From: the human T2T-CHM13v2.0 reference genome, Homo sapiens
Assembly: GCF_009914755.1 (NCBI RefSeq)
Contig: NC_060932.1
Reading direction: 5' to 3' (one strand)
DNA: 64,000 nucleotides
The notes beneath the pieces are model-generated. The model saw only the letters and a program-made list of their open reading frames with translations. It was not told where the DNA came from and did no database searches. Positions within the stretch are counted from its first letter, which is position 1. Every line of letters begins with the position of its first letter. Made by a program: the position numbers and the translations under genes. Positions 54,902 to 64,000 of the stretch are shown in pieces.

Positions 54902-55206
54902 GGCCAGGTGCAGTGGCTCAGGCCTGTAATCCCAGCATTTTGGGAGGCTTAGGCAGGTGAATCACTTGAGCTCAGGAGTCCAACACCAGCCTGAGCAACA
55001 TGGTAAAACCTCGTCTCTACAAACACACACACACACACTACAAATATATATATATATATAGCTGGGCATAGTAGCTTGCACCTGTAATCCCAGCTACTCA
55101 GGAGGTGAGAGGCAGGAGGATCGCTTGAGTCCAGGAGGCCTAGATCTCAGTGAGCCAAGACATGCCACTGCACTCTAGCCTGGACAACAGAGCAAGACCC
55201 TGTCTC

Positions 55207-55254
<48 letters not shown>

Positions 55255-55276
55255 TAAATAAATAAATAAATAAATA
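54902..55276 (+). mobile_element. AluJ(b) with (CA)n/(TA)n linker and (TAAG)n(TAAA)n tail
   Basis: ggaggatcgcttgag and gcaagaccctgtctc; degenerate TSD agaggtccacaact / agggttccattact. Confidence 0.95.
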
Positions 55277-55555
55277 GGGTTCCATTACTTACTAATCTTG
55301 AATAACTAAAAGTTTGTATCCTTTGACCAGTATCTACCCATTTTCCTTGCCCCTCCATCCATAGGTAACCACCCTTCTACTCTCTATTTCTATGAGTATA
55401 ACAACATAGATTCCATATATAAGTAAGATCATGCAGTATTTGTCTTCTTGTATCTGAATTATTTCACTTAGCAGAATGGCCTCCAGGTCCATACATGTTA
55501 TCACAAATGGCAGCACTTGCTTCTGTCTTATGGCTGAATAATATTCCATTTTGTG

Positions 55556-55558
<3 letters not shown>

Positions 55559-55593
<35 letters not shown>
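55559..55593. repeat. (AC)n microsatellite
   Basis: Direct reading. Confidence 0.95.
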
Positions 55594-55595
<2 letters not shown>

Positions 55596-56529
55596 ATTTT
55601 GTTCATTCATTCAACAGACTTTTAGTATGTTTCCATATCTTGTCTATTGTGAACTATGTTGAAATGGGAGTGCAGATATCTCATCGAGATCCTCACTTTA
55701 CTTCCTTTAGATATATACCCAGAAATGGGGTTGCTGGATTTCATTTTCATAGTTCCATTTTAGTCCACATAGGAATTAAACTAACACTAAATACAATGTC
55801 CATGTCTTGTTACAGATTCTTCCTCTAATTACTTATTAAACAGCATATACAAGTACAGCATGATATTTTGGAAGCAATAACTAAGTTTATATCTTTTTCA
55901 GCTGTAATGATTTGTCAAAAAATCAAATCTATCCTTAAATTCAACTCCAGCAGGAATTTTAAAAATTGTTTTTGACAGTTTTATTAATCACAGTGTGTTC
56001 CTGTATCTTTAAGATTTGTTCCAGCCTGCATTCCAGGTTTTAAAATTAGGGAAATGTAAGATTATGTTTCCAAATATGCTGATGATATGAAGTTTTATAT
56101 TGTAGCGATAGTGGATCCACTATGGTTGGTGATATGAACACATTAATTTGTAGCATAAACAACTATTTACTATTCCCCCCCAAATCAGAGTAAAATTACC
56201 TATCTGTACTTCAATTTATATCTAATACTGTCTCTTCTGAATTGCATATTATTGCTATCAGTTTATCATTAGTCTCCCAAATTGGTATGTTTCAAGGTGC
56301 CTGGAAAAGTTAATAATTGTGTTTGCAAGAACAAAGTTAAAGTATTTTCGTCTGTTATTTAGTCTGTTATTATACTAAGACTTCCTAATGATAATAGCAA
56401 TGATTAGATTAATTTGAGGCTAATGGGATATGAGCAGATCTAATCTACAAAATGTTCTTACACCTGAGGAAAATAATACACTTAGTACATTTAAATTGGA
56501 ACACAATGTATAATATTAAGAACACCAAC

Positions 56530-56770
56530 AACAGAAATAGCACTCTCAATGGTCCAAGTCCTAAGCTGTTTGCATATTTTGACTCATTTATTTTCAGTAC
56601 AACCCATGAGGTAGGTGTGATCCTTGTTCCTCATTTTAAAGATGATGAAACTGGGACCTAAAGGTGTTTAATTCCTTGTCTTAGTTTGCATAGATAGCAA
56701 ATGTCAAAGCTCACATTCATTTCAAACTCAAGCTATCTGGCTGCACAGCCATGGTCTTAATTTACTACCC
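56530..56770 (-). mobile_element. MIR
   Basis: caacccatgaggtaggt...cctcattttaaagatgatgaaactggg. Confidence 0.8.
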
Positions 56771-58699
56771 TATAGAACTAGTGAGTACACAGGTTGAAGC
56801 CAAGAACAGCTATCACTCAAAGAAAGAATAGGTCAGCCTGGATGTGTTTATATACCCATGTTTCTAGCTCTCAAGCTTCCTTGGTGTGCTGAAGCTTTGG
56901 TTGGGAAAGGAGTCCACTGCGCATTCATTTTCCTCTTCTTCAGTGTCTCTGGATTTATATATGTAATAGTTCCTCTGGACTTCAGCTTCAGAATCATGTA
57001 GGACTGAGTCATCCATTTATAGAACCCATTTCTTTTGTAACTTCTCAAAATATTTAAAATTGTGCAGATGAGGGAGTCTGATGGTTCTCGCAGTGGTGTC
57101 ATGTGACAGTGGTATCTTTTTATGACCTCTACTGGCTGTCTCTGCTCTGGCATTTCATAATTGGGCTTCAACTTTGGAGACCTAAGTTATTTAAAGGAGT
57201 TTCTTATCAGGTGTTAAAACCCTTTTATTAATAGATGGAATGGAATCACTTGATTTTAATTTTTATCCAAGAAAAGAAAAAGCCAAGTTTGAAAAGTATT
57301 ACATATTCAATGCTGCCTATTTTAATAAACTACCATAAAATTATTTGAAAAGATCTAACTGTAGGCTAGCACAAACACAATTAAATTTCAAGAAGGACTT
57401 ATTTTGCAACTCTGTACTGCAAACTTTACTTCAGGGTGCCCAGGTGAGAAAAGGGCAAGAATTAGAAAGAATATGATTAAGAAAGTAGAAAAGAAAACCC
57501 AGAAACTAAGCCTGAGACATTTATATTCTTAACATTCAAACCATGCATTTTCACTTTTAAGCCAAATTACTTATAATAAATATTTGGATATAACATTAGG
57601 AATAATAACATAAATAATTTCAAAAACAAATAACAAACAAAACAATTTTTTCCAAAGATATATTTTAATTCCGTATTGAATATATATAGGCATTGGTGTC
57701 TTCTCTCTTCCGTATATCCTAATTCTGGAATATGTCTTCCCAACATAAACATACTAATGTAATTAATTATTAATTACTCTAACATATTTTGCCATTTTGC
57801 CTTATTAATATCATAAAACATCATTTTCGAAACTGAAGAGACAGCTACATTGAAAACAGACTATCTTCCAATTTGGGAATAAAAATCACAAATCTTAGCT
57901 ACCGACCCAGAAGTTATTAGGACTCATTTCATTTAGGAAATAGAGGAAGAGTACTGAAAATAAATAATGCGGGAATTTAAAAAGAACTGTGAGGTTCTCT
58001 TTGCCTTCTAAATGCCATGAATAGGTTACGTACAAACTATACCACTCATCTGGCAGTTAACTATGACCACATTTTGAAAGCTATTTTATCTAGTTATTTA
58101 AAATATATAATTATTAAAATGTTCAATAAAATAGTAATCTGCCATTTGCTAAGCTGTTAATGCCCAATGTCTCATATTCCATAGCGGAAAACCAGCTGTA
58201 AATATTTGCTGATTGGTCAGATGTGCGATTTTAAGAATATTCTTGCAAGAAACATGATTGGGCTTTTAAACTACAGGAATCAAGCTGGTGGTTGTTTTTT
58301 AAATTCATGTATGTATGTATTTAATATTCAGCCCTGAAGTGCTATTATTAGAATATATGTTTTAAAGATGATTCAAAGATGAAAAAGGATGGTTCTTGCT
58401 CTTAAATCATGTAGCCACCTACAGTAGGTGCTGTAATAACATAAATATAATGGTTGGAGCAGGAAGTAACTAACTCTGGCTGGGAAACTACAAGAAAAGC
58501 TTTTTGGAGGAAACAGTGTTTGAATGAAGACACTGGTTGTGCTCAGGACAACCCTCCATCACAGAAAATTCTAAATTTTTTAGTCACCTCAGGCCTCCAG
58601 AACTTCTTTAACACTACCTTTACTTCATTCTGCTGTCTCTCCTAGTACTAGTAAGACCTCTTTGCTTTTACTCATAGAGTATGAATAAATGGTCTACAT

Positions 58700-58919
58700 A
58701 AAGGATCAGTAATCTTTTTCTTATAAAGGGGTCAGAAAAATATTTTAGCCTTTCTGGGTCACATGGTCTATGCTGCAACTACTCATCTCTGCTGTTGTAC
58801 AGAGAGAGAAACCAGACAAACTGGAAAGAAAGCAGTGTTGCTGTGTTTCAAGCAAAAGTAATTTATAAAAACACACAGCAGGCAAGATTTGGCCTGAGGC
58901 TGTTGTTTGCCAGCTTTTG
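58700..58919 (+). mobile_element. MER58A hAT-Charlie element
   Basis: aatattttagcctttctgggtcacatggtctatgctgcaactactcatctctgctgttgta...gatttggcctgaggctgttgtttgcca. Confidence 0.85.
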
Positions 58920-59083
58920 GTCTAGATTACCCACCTCAAATGTCCTGGTGTACTTCTTTTATGTTTCCATTGTATCACATCCCATTATCCCATCTATACA
59001 ACATAGTGAGTGTTATGATGTTTACCCTGTATTGTAACCACTATACTGTCTTGTAAACATTAATTTATGACCTATTAGATGGT

Positions 59084-59511
59084 TGATATGGTTTGGCTCT
59101 GTATCCCCACCCAAATCTCATCTCAAACTGTAATTCCCACATGTCAAGGGACGGACCTGGTGGGAGGTGATTGTATCATGGGGGTGGTTTCCCCCATGCT
59201 ATTCTCATGATAATGAGGGAGTTCTCATGAGATCTGGTGGTTTTATAAGTGGCAGTTTCACCTGCTCTCTCTCGCGCTCGCGCTGTCTCTCTCTCGCGCT
59301 CGCGCTGTCTCTCTCTCTCTCTCTCACTCTCTCTCTCTCTCCTGCCATCTTCTGAAGTAGGTGCCTGCTTCCCCTTTGCCTTCGCCATGATTGTAAGTTT
59401 CCTGAGGCCTCCCAATCCATGTGGAACTGTGAGTCAATTAAACCTCTCTTATTTATAAATTACCCAGTCTCTGGCAATATTTTTATAGCAGTGTGAAAAT
59501 GGACTAATACA
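59084..59511 (+). mobile_element. MSTA/THE1D-like solo LTR, complete
   Basis: tgatatggtttggctctgt...ggactaataca; 5-bp TSD atggt at 59079-59083 and 59512-59516. Confidence 0.96.
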
Positions 59512-60430
59512 ATGGTAAATATATAGAGGTCAGGAATCAGATTTATAAATGCTTAATACGACTTGAATAAATGAACGAATAAATGAACAAATTAATGTAC
59601 AGATGAACAAATTAAAAATGGAAGAAAAGAAAACCAAGGACAATCTGATGCCCCATGTAGATGCTACTCAATTATTCTAGGCCCTAAAATTAATGCAAAA
59701 GAAAACTAAAAGTAAACACAATGTTTATAAAAATGTATGATCTGTGATATACACAATATATTCATTTTTATTTTAGTTTCATTGATAAGAAGACGTTCAA
59801 AACAAGAAAGGTAATTGGCAGTAAATATCTTTGTTATTGAATGTGTCACATACTTTTAAATGCTTTAAAGTGATCCACAAGATAAATACTAATTTGGAGA
59901 TGAAGTTCGATGAATAAATTTATATATTTTTATTTTTTTAGAAATTAGTATAAACTGTTAAAACCTTCAATAAAGTATAACTCAGAATAAAACATAAATA
60001 AGTAGTTATCTGTTTTCATGTTAGCTAATTTTTAAAAGAAAAGTAAGAATCCCTTTTTCTTGTTTTTTTTTCTAAACGTGAAATCATCCTGATTTCGGTG
60101 TTTCCTACACCAAAAACACCAACGTAAAACCTTAATTCAAGTTTGTTTAAGGAAACTATTTCTTTTCTTTTAGTTAAAAGATAAGAGTAAAAATATGTGG
60201 GAAACTACTATTGTTCAAAGTAATTAAAACAGCTCATTTTTAAGATTAAATTTACAAGAAAAAAGATAAACTAATTGTACAGAAGTAGCTAAATGAAGCA
60301 TATTATGTTGAACTGATCTTTAGTTCCTGATAGTATAGCTATAAATATGCAAAATTGGTTTGAAAATAAAATGTGTAGTTTACAATAAACCTATATGGTG
60401 CTATTCTATTCATTCCACAAATTTCAGTTT

Positions 60431-61157
60431 TGATACGGTTTGGGTTACTTTCCCACCCAAATTTCATGTTTAATTGTAATCCACAATGTTTGACGTGGGA
60501 CCTGGTGGGAGGTGATTGTGGATCATGGGGGTGGATTTCTCATAAACGGTTTAGCTCCATCCCCTTTGTATTGTCCTTGAAATAGTGAGTGAGTTCTCAA
60601 GAGATCTGATCATTTAAAAGTGTGTAGCCCCTCCCCTGCCCTCTCCTCCTCCTGCTTTTGCCATGTAAACTGCCTGCTCCCACTTTGCCTTCCACCATGA
60701 ATAAAATCTCGTTGAGGCCTCCCCAGAAGCAGATGCCATCATGCTTCCTGTACAGTGAGCCAATTTAACCTCTTTTCTTTTCTGTTTTTTTTTTTTTTTT
60801 TTTTGAGATGGAGTCTCACTCTGTCGTCCAGGCTGAAGTACAGTGGCGTGAACTCAGCTCACTGCAAGCTCTGCCTCCCGGGTTCACGCCATTCTCCTGC
60901 TTCAGCCTCAGGAGTTGCTGGGACTATAGGCACCCGCCACCACGCCTGGCTAATTTTTTTTGTATTTTTAGTAGAGACAGGCTTTCACCGTGTTAGTCAG
61001 GATGGTCTCGATCTCCTGATCTCGTGATCTGCCCACCTCGGCCTCCCAAAGTGCTGGGATTACAGGTGTGAGCCACCGCACCCGGCCAAACCTCTTTTCT
61101 TATAAATTACCCAGTCTCAGGTATTTATTTTTAGCAATGCAAGAACAGAACAATACA
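60431..61157 (+). mobile_element. MSTA/MSTB LTR, interrupted by AluY
   Basis: tgatacggtttgg...gaggcctccccagaagcagatgcc...ataaattacccagtctcaggtattt...aataca. Confidence 0.92.
60780..61087 (-). mobile_element. AluY, full length
   Basis: gcaagctctgcctcccgggttcacgccattctcc and accgtgttag...ggatggtctcgatctcc; TSD aacctcttttctt at 60767-60779 and 61089-61101. Confidence 0.97.
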
Positions 61158-61699
61158 GTAGTCCATAAATAATGCATAATACCGAAACAAACATTTCTCT
61201 CTTTAGAATGTACAACATATATTTATTGTTTCAGAAAGGTCCATTTTAGAGGTATGTAATTCACATATTAAATACAGAGGAAAATATTATATAATAGAAG
61301 CTCTATACATTAAAATCACATTTTAAATGGCTTATTTATTGACCTCTGTATACACTTTACAGAGTGTATACACTTTACCATTGTATATATAGATTCCTCA
61401 ATTTATATGAGAAAATATGTTAAATTACCAAAAAATATACACTGAGCTCCTACTGTTTGGCAGCTGCTTGCCCAGGTGCTGGAAAAAATGTCATGAGCAA
61501 AAACAATGGACAGAAAGAGAGGGACAGAAACACAACTCTGATTTCCCGTCTTGCCTTAAACACCTGGAACTCCCAACAAAATATGTAAAATATCATCTTT
61601 TCAGGGAAAATGGAAACAAATAACACTGATATCAAAGATAAAAACAAGCAAGATGAGCTCATTGCATGGAATGAATTTCCAAACTGCTGCGCAGATTTG

Positions 61700-62193
61700 G
61701 GGGACCCAAACAAAGCTCATTATTCTTGCTGAGTTTGGAGACAGGTTTCAGAGGTCAGGGAGGCTAAGGTGGTGAGAATTTTGACCAGAATAGCAGATAG
61801 ATGGAAGGTAAACAGAAACACCTGCAGAGTGGTTCCTTAAATATTTTCTGTACTGTTAGGTGCACGTATTTGAGAAAACTACTGAGACCAGGGAAGAAAA
61901 CTAGCAGAGGAATGAAGTGGGAGGAATAATTCTCAGGGATCAACCCAACTCAGGAATAGTTTGTGTTCCTACCAGAAAGAATAAAGACCTCCTAACACAT
62001 GATATAATGTTGAACCTAGACTACAGGCTATTCTGTCTCTGCACTCAAAAGTATCATCCCTGCAATGCCAGAACTTTTGGAGGCCAATGCAGAAGGATCT
62101 CTTAAGGCCAATGCAGAAGGATCTCTTAAGGCCAGGAGTTTGAGACCAGCCTGAACAGCATAGAGAGATCCTACCTCTACAAAAATGAAATAG

Positions 62194-62229
<36 letters not shown>

Positions 62230-62570
62230 CTCCAGCCCTGATGGCATATGCCTGTAGTTCTAGCTACTTGGGAGGCTGAGACAGGAGGATCACTTGAGTC
62301 CAGGACTTCGAGGCTGTGATGAGGTATGATTGTGCTATGGCACTTCAGCCTGGAGACAGAGTGAGACTCCATCTCTATCAGAGTAAACCTCAAAATTAAT
62401 CACAATGATTTAACTGCCTCACAGGAAAATAGTCCAACATTATTTAAAGAAATTCCCCAAAACCTACTGCACAATAATATAAACCACGATGTGTGGCATT
62501 AGAGAAATACAAGATATGCAAAGAAGTGGAAAAGCATGAACCTTAAGAAGGATAAAAATCAACTAATAAA
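61700..62570 (+). mobile_element. Old L1M 5' region (5'UTR / start of ORF1)
   Basis: gaaaactactgag, ggaatagtttgtgttcctaccag, atttaactgcct, agatatgcaaagaag...aaaatcaactaataaaaac. Confidence 0.6.
62055..62378 (+). mobile_element. AluJ with 24-bp internal duplication, (TG)n linker and no poly(A)
   Basis: aggagtttgagaccagcctg, ggaggatcacttgag, gacagagtgagactccatctct. Confidence 0.9.
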
Positions 62571-64000
62571 AACACATGATCATATCAACAGATGCAGAAA
62601 AGAATCTGATAAAATCCAACACCTGTTAGTGAAATGAAAAAGCTCTTAGAAAACAAGAAATAAAGGGTATTTTCTAAGCTTAATAATATCTGTAAAAAAC
62701 GTACAGCTAACACCATACTTAACGGCTAGAAACTACCAGATTTACTGCAAAGATAAGGAATAAGGTAAGGATGCCTCTTCTCGTCACTCTTTTTCAACAT
62801 CATACTGTAAATTCTAGTTAATGCAATAAGAAAGAAAAAAATAAACAAGGATATAAAGATAAGGAAGGAAGAAATAAAACAATATTTGTTAACAGATGAC
62901 ATAATTGTCTATGTAGAAAATTAAAAAGAACTGACCAAAAAAAAACCTCTCCTGGAGCAAATAAGTGATAATAGCAAGGTGATGCAACATTAATATACAA
63001 AAGTCAAAAACTTATATGCCAGCAATGAGAAAGTGGGAACTGAAATTAAAACACAGCATCATTTACATTAGCATCCAAAAATAAAATACTTAGAAGTAAA
63101 TCTAGAAAAATATAAAAGATATATATAAAGAAAATTATAAGACTCTGATCAAAGAAATCAAGTAACTAGAAAATGAAGAAATATTTCATGTTCATGGATA
63201 GGAACACTCAATATTGTCAATATATTAGTTCTTCCCAACTTGATTCATAGATATAATGCAACCCAATCAAAATCTCAGCTTATTTTATGAATAACAACAA
63301 ATTGATTCTACATATTGTTATGAATAACAACAAACTGATTCTATATGGGCCGGGCGGGGCGGCTCACACCTGTAATCCAGCTTTTTGAGAGGCTGAGGTG
63401 AGCAGATCACTTGAGGCCAGGAGTTAGAGGCCAGCCTGGCAAATACAGTGAAACCCAGTCTCTACTAAAAATACAAAAATAAGCCAGGAGGGGTGGCCTG
63501 TGCCTGTAATACAAGCTACTCAGGAGGCTGAGGCAAGAGAATCGCTTGAACCTGGGAGGCAGAGGTTGCAGTGAGCCAAGATCGCACAAGTAAACTCCAG
63601 TATGGGCAACAGAATGAGACTCCGTCTAAATAAATAAATACATAAATAAATAAATAAATAAGTAAACTTTATATGGAGAGGCAAAAGGCCTAGAACAGCT
63701 AAAATAACATTGAAGGAGGAGAACGAAGTTGGAGGACTGATATTTATCTGACCCTAGTATTTACTATAAAGCTATGGAAATCAAGATAATATGGTACTGG
63801 TGAAATAATAGACAAACAGAGCAATATAACAGCAAAGTGCCCAGAAACAGACAAAACAATTAATTTAGACACAGACTTTGAATCCTTCACAAAAATTAAT
63901 ACAAAATGGATCACAAACTTCAATGGAAAACACAGAACTGTAAAATTTCAAGTAACATAGGAGAAAATCTAGATGAGCTTTTGTTTGGCAATGTTGACGT
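62571..64000 (+). mobile_element. L1MC/MD-type ORF2 fragment, runs off the window
   Basis: cacatgatcatatcaacagatgcagaaaa; acagatgacataattgtctatgtagaaaa; tcatgttcatggatagga; aaagctatggaaatcaaga; many stops. Confidence 0.9.
63348..63660 (+). mobile_element. AluS (Sz-like), full length
   Basis: gatcacttgaggccaggag and gagaatcgcttgaacc; (TAAA)n tail. Confidence 0.95.

Larger units (their letters stand above)
54635..55742 (-). mobile_element. L1MA8/9-type 3' region, interrupted by AluJ
   Basis: aagctaattaac...gtggtgagaac...aaatttcaagtatacaat; aaagtttgtatcctttgacca; ggagtgcagatatctc...atatacccagaaatggg. Confidence 0.88.

Noticed and set aside
59167-59458. ORFs with RE/SL repeats
   Set aside because: Translation of the (CT)n microsatellite in the MST LTR.

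Overview
This is AT-rich, CpG-depleted primate (human-like) genomic DNA, either intergenic or deep intronic. I see no supportable host protein-coding exon, tRNA/rRNA gene, CpG island or CRISPR array, and I cannot name the locus. A large part of the window is transposon-derived: about 13 Alu elements or fragments (J, S, Y), L1PA/L1M fragments, L2, MIR, MaLR/ERV LTRs (MST, MLT1, MLT2, MER57-like, MamGypLTR-like) and hAT/Tigger DNA elements. The only ORFs with recognisable products are disabled L1 ORF2 remnants. Subfamily calls come from remembered diagnostic motifs, not a RepeatMasker run, and boundaries of old elements are approximate. I did not find a convincing new biological system. The best signals are mutational fossils: (i) a recurring 'direct duplication + short inverted templated filler' footprint at about seven sites, the largest a 145-bp patchwork between an MST LTR end and its probable TSD; (ii) a probable short L1 3' transduction; (iii) an 80-bp foreign insert in an Alu linker; (iv) a 39-bp local copy of L2-derived sequence. 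A few weak candidate exons and one orphan 101-codon ORF are also listed.
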